Positions 38,990 through 50,903 of a stretch of 64,000 bases of DNA are shown in pieces. The notes beneath the pieces were generated by a model that saw only the letters and a program-made list of their open reading frames with translations, ran no database searches and had not been told where the DNA came from. A program made the translations under genes and the position numbers. This DNA is from Octopus bimaculoides (Eukaryota): NCBI RefSeq assembly GCF_001194135.2, contig NC_068981.1, positions 157,276,448 through 157,340,447 on the forward strand, in the 5' to 3' direction. Position 1 is the stretch's first letter; each line of letters opens with the position of its first letter.

Positions 38990-39938
38990 AAAGAGAATGA
39001 ATGGGAGAAAGGGAGTTTGCTGAATGTTGACCCAACAGAGGGACCAGCTATTTGAGTTGACAGTTCCATGGTAGATAAAGCAAGTAAGAGTATGAAGACA
39101 GGGAAAGCCCCCGGCCCATCAGCAATCACTGCAGAGATGCTCAAAATATCTGGCAGTGTCGGCTATAGCCTAGTCACCCGTATAGTTAACCAGGTGATAC
39201 ACGAAGGAGTCATACCCAATTACTGGTGTAGCAGCACCATAGTCAATTGCTACAAAGGTAAAGGTGACACTTTAGATACAAATAATTACAGAGGTATCAA
39301 GTTATTGGACCAGGTAATGAAGGTCACCGAGAGGGTCATAACCCANNNNNNNNNNNNNNNNNNNNNNNNNNNNNNNNNNNNNNNNNNNNNNNNNNNNNNN
39401 NNNNNNNNNNNNNNNNNNNNNNNNNNNNNNNNNNNNNNNNNNNNNNNNNNNNNNNNNNNNNNNNNNNNGACCTTGCCCTAATTGCTGAGTCACTATCAGA
39501 ACTAGAGAAGTTTCAGGTGTGGAAGCAAGGACTAGAATCGAAGGGCCTTAGAGTCAACCTAGCTAAAACCAAAGTCCTAATAAGTAGGAAGGTAGACAAA
39601 ATACAAACCCCTTCAGGTAGATGGCCCTGCTTGATCTGTAGAAAAGGCATAGGTAGAAACTGTATAAGATGTACCCAGTGTAAGCTATGGACACATAAGA
39701 GGTGCAGCAATATCAAAGGAAGGCTAACTAGCAAAGTTTTTGTATGTGGCTGATGCTCAGGAGCAATAAACACTGAAAATGTGCAGAAAACAACTTTTGC
39801 CACATTCCAGGGAGAAAAACTAGAAGTAGTTGATAGCTTCCTTTATCTAGGTGACCAAGTTAGTAGTGAGGGAGGGTGCGCTGAAAGTGTAGCTGCTAGA
39901 ATAAGAATAACCTGGGCAAAGTTCAGAGAGCTCTTACT
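38990..39938 (+). mobile_element. RTE-clade LINE ORF2 fragment (RT) containing a PHD-type finger
   Basis: KAPGPSAITAEMLK, YKGKGD..NNYRGIKLL, DLALIAES, GLRVNLAKTKV, VDSFLYLGD; interrupted by an N gap and truncated at 39938. Confidence 0.92.
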
Positions 39939-42190
39939 TTGCCAATCCTAAAAATGCATGTAAGGTTGCTATATTTGTCAGAGGGGGTATGTTTTTAATT
40001 GCGTCTGTCCTCGACGGGTCTGGTCGATATCCATTTCTGTCAATGATTTGTCCTAAATATCTTATTTTCAGTAAGGAAAATTCATACTTTTTTTCACTCA
40101 AAGTAAAACTGTAATCCCTAATTTTTTCAAATACATATTTTACATGCTCTACGTGTTGATCCCTGGATTTGTTTTTAATGAGTATATCATCCAGATATGG
40201 AATTGCAAATTCACAGTTTGCTAACATTACATCCATAATCTGTTGAAAAATCGCTGGTGCTACTTTTAAACCAAATGGTAACCTGTTGTATTTGTACAAT
40301 CCTTTATGCGAGTTAATTGTTCGGTATTTAGAGCATTCATCATCTACTCTAATTTGTAGGTATATGTCAAAGTGACCCAATTTAGAAAATATCTTGCCAC
40401 CATTCAGTTTCACAAAAATATCCTCTGGAGTAGGTAGTGGATAGTGACACGTTTTAAGACATTTGTTTAAACCAATGGAAAAATCAGCACACACTCTGAT
40501 TTTATTATTCTTTTTCTTAACGTACACAGGTGATGATGCCCACTGGCTGTATTCTACTTTTTTGGATAAATCCAATTTTTTCTAGTCTCTCTAAGTTTAT
40601 CTGTTCTAATGCTGTAAATGGTACTGTTCGTTTTTGCTTAAGGTGTTTTCTTCTATTTGAAACTGCATCTTTGTTTTGGTGCACAGACCTAATTTATCAG
40701 ACAGAACTTCAGGAAAAATATTAAAAGATTTATTTTTCAATTCATCAGACGATTTGTTTGTACCGGAGAAAAAAAAACATTCACATTTTTACAGAAAAGA
40801 TTTATGTGGAGATCCCTTAAGTTAAATAATTCCATCCAGTCAGGACCAAATAAATCTGTGGTATTATTTAACACAAAAACTTTAGCTTTTAAGGTTTTTT
40901 TGTGAAATGTAATGCTACTTATCAATTCACCCTTAAAATATAATTTTTTTTCCTGAAAGACCATGGGCAATTTTCAAAGTTTCATTTAATCTAAGTCTCC
41001 TGATTTATTTTCCATGTATCTGTGTCTATTATTGAGATGTTGCTGCCTGTATACAAATGTAACTTTACATTTGTGTTATTAATTTTAACACACACAAATT
41101 TCCTTTGAGGCTCATTCATATTTTTTGTCACCAATAATCCGTTTACGTGATTTTTTCTGTTGAACCGTCTTACAGTGCAACTTTTTATGGCCTATTTTAC
41201 CACACTTGAAGCATTTTATATTTTTAGATGAACAATTATTTTTAAACTGTAGACCACTGTACCCATAACATAGATTCGGTCTTGATATTTTTTTATCCAA
41301 TACTAGTTGACATGCTTGAATCTGAGAACAATTTTTCTCTTCAATTTTATTTGCGTTATCTTATAGATTTATAATCCTCTGATATTCTTCTGCTACTGCT
41401 TGTAAAGTTAAATTTTGGTCCTGTTCTAATTTTGTTAATATCTGGGATTGTATATCTGCATCTTTGCTTGCAGTAAGCCCTTGAACAAAAATTAAACACT
41501 TGAACATGTCTGGGGTCAACTCATTCAACTGAATTTCTGTTAACTATTAACCATTCTGGCACAGGTGACAAAATCCTCACCTTTTTTGACCAAATTTAAA
41601 CACTGCCAATGAGTATTGAACAGGGAACTTCTTTCACTGAAAACTTTTGATAAAATATTGTTTCATTGAAACAAATCTCACCTGGTTTCTTCGGTAGAAT
41701 ATAATTACTATATTTTTCAGGTTTGGCAGGGGAAAACTTTCTTAAAAGTAGTCATAAGTTTTTCTTGTTGGACCAACTTTTACACTCTTCTTTGAAGATT
41801 ACTTCTAGATTATAACTGAATTCTTCAATTGAGTTAGCTACGCTGTCTGGTGAGTACAGACCTGAAATATTTACAGATTTCCTCAATATTAATTCCAGCA
41901 ACTGTTGGTTTTGTTGTTGTTGCAACTGCACCATGGAGGCCAATAAGTTCTCCGTGCTAAATGATATTTTTGGCTTCGTACCAAAAAAATATTTTAAATA
42001 TCCAATGCAAACTTCAAACAACCTGTTGCCACTTTTATATCCTTGTATGTTGGATATATAATATAATGAAGCAGTGGGAAAGAAAGTACTCACATGATGC
42101 ACTACGATTACTATTACATAAGACTCAATGCTCTATATCATGGCTCACAGTGAGCTGTTTACCAACCTGAACTGCTGATGCCCTCACAGT
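39934..42190 (-). mobile_element. Truncated Ty3/Gypsy retrotransposon (gag, CCHC knuckle, protease relic, RT)
   Basis: CFKCGKIGHKKLHC knuckle; LHLYTGSNISII protease relic; QWASSPVYVKK, RVCADF, RLPFG and YLDDILI RT motifs. No RNase H or integrase; LTR boundary not confirmed. Confidence 0.9.
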
Positions 42191-42309
42191 TCTCTATTTA
42201 ATAGATATGTCTCAGTCTATTTTTAGTCACATGGGGGTGGTCAAAATTCTTCCATAACAGTACCCCAGTATCACTTTGATGGCATGCGCTGCTCTCTCAC
42301 TCAATAATA

Positions 42310-43860
42310 ATAATGATTTCAAATTCTGACACAAGGCCAGCAATTTTGGGGAAGTTGATCATATCAACCTCAGTGCTCAACTGGTACTTGTTTTATCAAC
42401 CTCAAAAGGATGAAATGCCACTATGCATTTCGCCTGACATCCTAATGATTCTGCCAGCTCACTGCTTCTAATTTTTAGGTGCAAGGCCAACAGTTTTGAG
42501 AGATGGGGGTTAATCCATACCACTGACTCTAGTACTTTATTTTATTGACCCTCGAGGGATGAAAAGCTAAGTTACTTTGGTGGGTTTTGAACTAAAAAAA
42601 AAAAGCGTAAAAACCAGAAGAAGCAACACCAGGCATTTTGTCTGGCTCTTTCATGAGCAGATTACAAGGTCAAATTTTGTACTGAAAATCAATTGATTGG
42701 ATTTCAAAATATTACTTATTTTATTGACAGTCCAACTCAGATTGATTTTAAAAAAGAAAAAATGAAATTGGCACAATGATCTCTAATGTCATCAAGCTGT
42801 TCACTATGAATAATATTTAGGCATTAAGCCAGATATTTTCAGTGGAGCAGTAAGTTGATTAAATCGACCCCCCCACTCCATCACTCAGTACTTGATTGAT
42901 ACTTTATATTCATAAACCTCAAAAGGAGGAAAGGCAAAGTTGACCTCAGTGCGATTTGAACTCAAGCACTAGAACAAATACTTCAAAGCCTTTTTCTCAT
43001 GCTCTAATGATTCTGCCAATCTATCACACTTAAAATAATGGTTTCTGATTTAAGCACAAGGCCAGCAATTTTGAGGGGAGGGAGTCAGTTAATAACATCA
43101 ACCCTCCAATACTTGACAGGTACTTTATTTTACTGACACCTTCCCCCCATTAATAATAATGGTGGCAAGTTTTGGCACAGGGCCAGCAATTTTAGGGGAG
43201 GGGTAAGTTGGTAACGTTGACCCCAGCATTCAACAGGTACTTATTTTATCAACCCAGAATGGATGAAAAGCAAAGTTGATCTTGGCAGAATCTGAACTTA
43301 GTACACAAAGACAGATGAAATGTTGCTAAGCATTTTGTCCAGGTGCTAACAATTCTGCCAGCTCACCTTATTATCATCATCATCATTATTATTATTATTA
43401 TTATTTCATGTTCTGAGTTCAAATTCTGCTGAGGTCGACTCTGCCTTTCATCCTTTTGGGGACGATAAGTTAAGTACCAGTGAAACACTGGGGTTGATGT
43501 AATTGACTAGGCCTCTCCCTCCAAATTTCAGGCCTTGCGCTTTTAGTAGAAAGGATTATTATTATTATTATTATTTCACGTTCTGAGTTCAGATTCTGCT
43601 GAGGTCGACTCTGCCTTTAATCTTTTTGGGGTCAATGAAATAAGAACCAGTTGAGTACTGGGGTCTATTAATCGACTATCTCCCTGCCCCAAATTTCAGG
43701 CCTTGCGCCTATAGTAGAAAGGATTATAATTATTAATAATAATGGCTTCTGATTTAGGCACAAGGCCAGCAATTGTGAAGGGGGAGAGAATTGGTTGATA
43801 ACATCAACCCTAGTTCTTGTCTGGTACTTTATTTTATCGACCCTAGGTATGAAAGGCAAG
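42310..43860. repeat. Second family D cluster (~8 full or partial copies, mixed orientation)
   Basis: Minus copies to 43368, two plus copies (43386-43560, 43575-43730), then minus again. Solo copies at 975-1220, 19150-19390, 33030-33690, 60045-60330, 62210-62395, 63350-63550. Confidence 0.8.
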
Positions 43861-44835
43861 CCATTATTCTTCCAGGTAAAGGCAAGAAGATCAAAACTTC
43901 TCGTATCTTCTACAGAGCTGAACTGTCATAAGATCTGTGCAAGAGGTAATTATAAATGCGTGGTTATAGCAAAGGAAAACAAAACCTACTAGTTTCTGAG
44001 TTACTCAGTCATGTAGTTGCGTCTAATTGACTATATAATTATCCAGTATCTGAAATTTGAGACAAAGTAGCTGGCATTTGTTAATCAAGTGAGTCCTTTC
44101 TTCAATGTAACCTCAAACCTGGAATAGTCCTTTAGAGAAGGAAAACAAATAAAACCTAAGGAAACGAAACAAAGTCTTTACAAAATTCGAAGGACTCTAT
44201 TGGAAACGTTGACAAGTTGTTACACGACTTATGTATACACAGACATATACACACTCACACTACTGTTAGCACTGTGGTTACATCAACACATGTGAATCAG
44301 TTATTGAAGATTAAAATAATGGTGAGTGTCCCGATAACAGTTATATACATATTAATTTAAAACGTTACACATTCCAGCCATGTGAATACAAGTACTTATC
44401 AGGATAAATATATTTATAGTAATATCGATACAATCTGAACACAACTATATCAATCCACACCCACAAAATATCCTTCTCGCATATAATAAACACATGCACA
44501 CACAGCCTAAATCACACATACACATACCAACATGCACTAATAAAAACACACCCACATTCAGTTAGATAAACGTATGTCAACATAATCAAATAAACACTCA
44601 ATACAACGTATTAACACCTACCTATGAATGTGACTGGAGTGTGTGTGTGTGTGTAACATGATCGGGGAGTTTTCTTTATAAGCATTGCAGTACTATATTG
44701 ATTTTTAAAAAAATCATAAAGAGTATAAGCAATTGAATTGACTCAAAATATTACTCTTATTTATCCATGTAGATGTATAAACATCAAACCCTTTGTTTCA
44801 GATGTATGTATGTATGTATATCGCATCATATTTAC

Positions 44836-45423
44836 CTCTTTGTCGCAAACTCTCTCCTCGTTTTCACATAAAGTAGAAGTGTCCGAATAAGTTACATCGA
44901 TAGCAGAATGTGATTCAGTTTTTACTTCTGTTTGTACATCTTCATCTCCCTTGCCGATAGCTGCTATTTTGTCTCCAACAGGCAGATCTTTCGGTCTTAC
45001 ATCACTCCTTTCATTAGATACTTTGCCTTGGTGTCCTAAACCTTCGATGGACGTTTCTTCCGGTAAGTCGGATGTTATCACCGGAGCTTCTACAACACTC
45101 CCTCCAGTTTCACTTTGTTTCTCATCATAACCTTCATCTCCACTTACACCTTCCTGACCATCATCACCAGCTTCGTCATTAATATTTTCAAGGCTCTCGT
45201 TTTTTTTACTAGACAGGTTGCCAATTATACCACTGCCAAGGCGAGATCTCGGCGTGTCTAATTGATCATAATTGAGGTTTTCAAATGAATCACTGGCTAC
45301 CAACATCGATTCGTGTAAAGAAGCTGTGCCGGGTGCATCTGTTTCAAAGATGGACGGTGTGGTAACCACCGAAGTATCCGATTCTTTATGGGGCGTTTGA
45401 ACCCCATCATCAACATCAGCCAT
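44836..45423 (-). CDS. MON1: MON1 exon 1 (196 aa acidic, disordered N-terminus)
   Basis: ATG at 45423, open frame MADVDDG...VCDKE, donor GAG|GTAAAT at 44835; phase 0 joins exon 2. Confidence 0.85.
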
Positions 45424-45673
45424 TTTGGTTCCCAGGACCTATTATTACCTTCAGTCATTAAGAGCTATCTCATCCAGAGTGATCTCCCTTTATATTTTTT
45501 TTTATGGCATAAGAGACGAGAAACTGTTTCACCTAAAACTCGAAATGTTTCACTTTTAGTTGACTTGACTCCTTCCATATCGTGAGGATCGAAACGATTC
45601 CCACAAAGGTTTGGAAACTTATGCCTATGGGATTTATACATATATACAATTATACATAGGTACTCATGAAAAA

Positions 45674-46071
45674 GAGTAGCCCCGCTCTAGTCATTAAGAA
45701 AAGTGAAAATAAAATAAATTTTGAAATTGAAATAAAATGTTATTCAAAAGTAAACCTTTCCGAAAAATGCTTTAGAATGTTCTGAAAACATTCATTCAGT
45801 TTTGTGTGTGGAGCATTGAAAAATCTTCCTTCCTTATATTTTATCTGGCTCATTTCCTTATTACAAGATGAGCATTTCGGTGTTATATAATTCAACACTT
45901 CCTTCTCCTTTAGAGATGAATATGCAGCATCAGAACTCTGAATGTATGGCAAAATATCATAAAACATTTTAAATAACAATGAATCGAATTATATCGAAAT
46001 GAATAACATTTTATTTCAACTTCAAAATTGTTTTTATTCTCACTTTATTAATGACTAGCGCGGGTCCACTC
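45674..46071. mobile_element. Fold-back MITE-like element with ~72-bp inverted arms
   Basis: 45674-45745 is an imperfect reverse complement of 46001-46071 (CTAGTCATTAA...GAAATAAAATGTTATTC); no TSD identified. Confidence 0.7.
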
Positions 46072-46486
46072 CATTAATACCTTATACATATGTACGTACG
46101 CACGTACATAAATAAATAAATACAAACACACACCCATCACTAATATCAGAAAGCTTTTTATTTTGTTACCTTACCGTTAAGAATTACGTTTTAATATGTG
46201 TGCGCGCGCACACACACACATATACATATGTATCACGTGTGGATGGGTGGGGAGTTGGGTGTGAGCGCGTGTATATACTTTTGCTTGTTTCAGTCATTCG
46301 ACTGTGGCCATGCTGGAGCACCGCCTGGACTTAATTCTTTGTAAGCCTGGTACTTAATTCTATCAGTTGCTTCTACCGAACCGCTAAGTTACGAGAACGT
46401 AAATACAACAACATCAGTTGCCAAGCGATGGTGGGGGGACAAATACAGACATAAATGCATACAGACGCATGCACGCACACGCGCAC

Positions 46487-46546
<60 letters not shown>

Positions 46547-46894
46547 NNNNNNNNNNNNNNNNNNNNNNNNNNNNNNNNNNNNNNNNNNNNNNNNNNNNNN
46601 NNNNNNNNNNNNNNNNNNNNNNNNNNNNNNNNNNNNNNNNNNNNNNNNNNNNNNNNNNNNNNNNNNNNNNNNNNNNNNNNNNNNNNNNNNNNNNNNNNNN
46701 NNNNNNNNNNNNNNNNNNNNNNNNNNNNNNNNNNNNNNNNNNNNNNNNNNNNNNNNNNNNNNNNNNNNNNNNNNNNNNNNNNNNNNNNNNNNNNNNNNNN
46801 NNNNNNNNNNNNNNNNNNNNNNNNNNNNNNNNNNNNNNNNNNNNNNNNNNNNNNNNNNNNNNNNNNNNNNNNNNNNNNNNNNNNNNNNNNNNNN

Positions 46895-46939
<45 letters not shown>

Positions 46940-47496
46940 AGGCAACAGGTACAATCCTTGCTGGAACTGAAAAAATCTGTAAAACTTTCCAGAAGTTTAT
47001 CATTTGAATATATATGAGAATGTCTTGATATGTAACTCTATGCATGAGAATATATACATAAAACATACAAATCGGCACATACATACATACATACTTACAT
47101 AGAAACAAAATACCCTATTGTTGATGTTGAATTTGCAATGAAGGAACCTTGGACCTCGTTTAGAAACCGGTTCTTTCTCTGTCGGCAAGAAATCTTGGAA
47201 TAAACTGAATAGTGACATACATACATACATATACATCTATCTCTCCATCTATAGATAAATAGAGAGGGATACATGTGTTCATTTATTAGAATTCATGGTA
47301 TGTTTTTATGTGCAAAATCTATTGGGAAATTTTTTTCTTCAAGATGAAATCCTACAATGAATGCCTTTCATCTTGTATTTAGGAACATCTTAAAAACTAG
47401 AGTTTTTTTTATCTAAGCTGACTTGTGTATCCATACTAAATTAATTCCAGCTTGGTAAATCTCAGCACACACCAACAAATGTTTTGTTCTGTTGTT

Positions 47497-47695
47497 GTGT
47501 CTGGGGAGAGTCATTTTCTTATTGTGCCTTAAAATTTAACACACTCACTGGTAAAATTTCCACTTATTTTTCTTTTTATTTTCCTAAAATTTTCGTTGCG
47601 TCTTGCAACCTTATCAATAGTCTTGACTGTGGAAATTTTACCGGTGAGTGTGTTAAATTTTAAGGCACAATAAGAAAATGACTCTCCCCAGACAC
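47497..47695. mobile_element. Near-perfect inverted repeat, probably a Penelope-like pseudo-LTR end
   Basis: 67-bp arms (47497-47563 / 47629-47695) with one mismatch, 65-nt spacer. Penelope assignment is inference. Confidence 0.65.
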
Positions 47696-48239
47696 AGCAG
47701 AATATGCTTCAACACACGAAATTACATAAAATATACTTGCAAACCAAATCCCAAAACAAAAAATGTTTTGTTGTTTTCTATAAAAGAACAAAATTATAAG
47801 CCTAATTCCAAATGACTAGGGTGGTGTGTACCACTGAATAGGCAAACTTTTAATGAAAGTCTGAGTCTCAAGTCTGCTAACATCATTTGGTGCATGGCTT
47901 CACAAAATCAATAGGTTGATGCTGAGATGCTTAAAATATATGGTGGAGTCTGTTACAGGCTTGTCATCTGGATAGTCCAATCAGCCTGTAGAGGAAGCTG
48001 TCATAACCAATGGCTAGTATAGCAATATCATAATCAACTTTTACTCTTGGTAAAGAAAGTGTCGTATGGAGAAGTAATTACAGCAATATCAAATTTCTTG
48101 ACCAGGTCATAAAAGTTATAGAAAGAGTTATAGCTCAATTAATTAGTGTGTTAATGTACTTGACATACAACTTGATTTCTTACCAGAAAGAACTACTACT
48201 GATACCATATTGCTACTGAGATAACTACAGTACTGAAGA

Positions 48240-49460
48240 GTAAGTCACTGTGACTAGCATTCATTTGACTTGGAGAAAGTCTTTGACAGAGACCCTTGCT
48301 CTGTAATCTTGTGGTTGGTGAAGAAGCTAAAGTTGACAGATGGCTTCTGACAGCCATACACGCCATGTACAGAGGTGCTGTCAGCAAGGTGAGAGTTTGC
48401 AATGAGTACAGCAATGAAATTAACTTGCAGACAGGGATCTACTGTGGCCCAATGCTCCCTTCTATTTATCATAGTCCTCAAGGTTATAACAGGGAATTTT
48501 GAGACCAGATGCCATTAGGAACTACTGTATCCTGATGACATTGTACTAATAGCTGAATCTGCAGTAGGATTAACAGAAAAGTTCCAAGCATGGAAACAAA
48601 ATCGAGAGTCAAAAGGCCTTAACTGAAAAAAATCTTCAATAACAGTGAGTACACAAACAGGACTCTGCTTCCTTCAGAGAAATGAGCTTGCTCTTGATAT
48701 GAAAAAAAAAATGAACTAGAAATTCCATATAGTGTACCCAGTGCAAACTTTAGACATACAAAAGGTGCATGTGAATCATGGTAAAGTTACCTTCTCAAGT
48801 CATGCTGACTTATAAGGGCCAGTTTCCATGGCGTATATATTCTCCACCTGGACATGATACTGGTCCGTCACAGGATTACTCATTTTTGCTAGTAGACTGG
48901 AGCAACATAGAATGAAGTGTTTTGCTCAAGAATACAACACGTCACCTGGTCCAGGAATCAAAACGATAATCTTGCGGTCATGAGTCTAATACCCTAACCA
49001 CTAAGCCATGCACCTCCACTATGTGAATCATGGGCAGATTAGAGAAAGCAAACAGTGTCTGTGGCAGATGTGCTGAAGCAATAAACACTAGAGCACATAG
49101 GAAACAAGTTCTTTTAAATGTTTGAGAGGCTCCCTAGAAGTTAATAGCTTCTGTTACCTTAGTGATTTAATTACCAGTAGAAGAAGATGTTCTGGAAGTA
49201 TAACAGCCAGAATAAGAACAGGTTGGAGAATATTCAGGGTGTTATTACCTCTGTTGGTAGTAAAAGATTTCCCTATCAGAATGAAAGCAGACTATACAAG
49301 CTACTAGGTAGTGAAACAGGTCCTGAATGGAGTGAACCTGTACAAAGACTAAAAAGAAATAAAGGAGGTATTTTCTAATGGATATACAAGAACAATGATG
49401 CATAAATGTGATGAGATAAAAACTAGGTATAAGAGAAATCAGATGTAATGTAAGAGAGAA
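48240..49460 (+). mobile_element. Older RTE LINE fragment interrupted by a SINE
   Basis: WLLTAIHAMYRGAVSKVRV, LLYPDDIVLIAES and SLEVNSFCYLSD motifs with stops and frameshifts. Confidence 0.8.
48782..49020 (-). mobile_element. tRNA-derived SINE with 13-bp TSD
   Basis: ATGTGAATCATGG at 48769-48781 and 49021-49033; tRNA-like A/B-box head on the minus strand. Confidence 0.8.
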
Positions 49461-50225
49461 TGTGTATACATACATTTATGTTCCTTGCTCAATATGTCAT
49501 TGTCAGGTCTACACTTGCTCTCCCCTTCACCCTTTATCTCCTTATCACTCTCTTCTTCATCAATTTTCTATTGACTGCATTATTCTGCTGCTGTAATTAA
49601 TGAAAGCAGAATTCATTACTCCATATCTTATCATCACTCTTTCTGTATTGCCAGTCAACACACCCTCTCCCTTGAGCCTCTTTCTGTTAACATCTATCCC
49701 TCATTCTCACTATCATCCCATCATCCTTGTTCAACATTGACTACCTTTGTGCTTTATTTACCTAAGACCATCTCCACCTCTATTTCTGCCCACCCTTTTT
49801 GACCCTTCTGTCACTATTCTGTTTTGTTTGCCTTCTTAGTTATACTGCCTTAAGGGTATGCTCAGTCTGACCTCTTATTCTGGAACAATTTCATTTGTTT
49901 TCATTCATCCACATATAATGTAAGATACTCATATATCTCTTACACAGTCTTCCTCACTCTTCCTTTTTCCCTCTCTGTCTCTCACTAGCCTTAACTCTAC
50001 TTTTTCTCCTTCCCTTCTATTACTTTCTTTCCTGACACTGTCTCTGGTAGTTTCTCCACTTACACCTTCTCATAACTAATTTCCAAGATTTTCTCCCAAA
50101 GCTACTGCATAGGAAGCGACTATGTATTTTCTCTTCCAATGATATATTTAAGTGGTCACACATCAAAGAGACATCAGGTGAATGCATTATTTTCTTTGTG
50201 TTTTGTACTTTAGGCTCCTCATATA

Positions 50226-50903
50226 TTGTTGGCACTCCGTCGCTTACGGCATCAAGGGTTCCATTTGATCCAATCAACGAAACAGCCTGCTCGTGAAATT
50301 AATGTGCAAGTGGCTGAGCACTCCACAGACACGTGTACCTTTAACGTAGTTCTCGGGGATATTCAGCGTGACACAGAGTGACAAGGCTGACCCTTTGAAT
50401 TACAGGCACAACAGAAACAGGAAGTAAGAGTGAGAGAAAGTTGTGGTGAAAGAGTACAGCAGGGTTCGCCACCATCCTCTGCCGGAACCTCATGGAGCTT
50501 TAGGTGTTTTCGCTCAATAAACACTCACAACGCCCAGTCTGGGAGTTGAAACCGCGATCCTATGACCGCGAGTCCGCTGCCCTAACCACTGGGCCATTGC
50601 GCCTCCACAAGGAGCGAAAACACCTAAAGCTCCATGAGGCTCCGGCAGGGGATGGTGACAAACCCTGCTGTACTCTTTCACCACAACTTTCTCTCACTTT
50701 ATCTTCCTGTTTCTGTTGTACCTGTAATTCAAAGGGCCAGCCTTGTCACTGTATCACGCTGAATATCCCCGAGAACTACGTTAAGGGTACATGTATCAGT
50801 GGAGTGCTCAGCCACTTGCACGTTAATTTTACAAGCAGGCTGTTCTGTTGATCTGATCAACTGGAACCCTCGGCGTCGTAAGCGACGGAGAGCCAACAAC
50901 AAC
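50226..50903. mobile_element. Head-to-head pair of SINE family A copies
   Basis: Full minus copy 50226-50608; headless plus copy 50612-50903. Confidence 0.88.

Noticed and set aside
45505-45550. GACGAG...CTCGAAA hammerhead-like segment near the MON1 5' end
   Set aside because: Core lacks C3-U4 and the flanking stems are absent.
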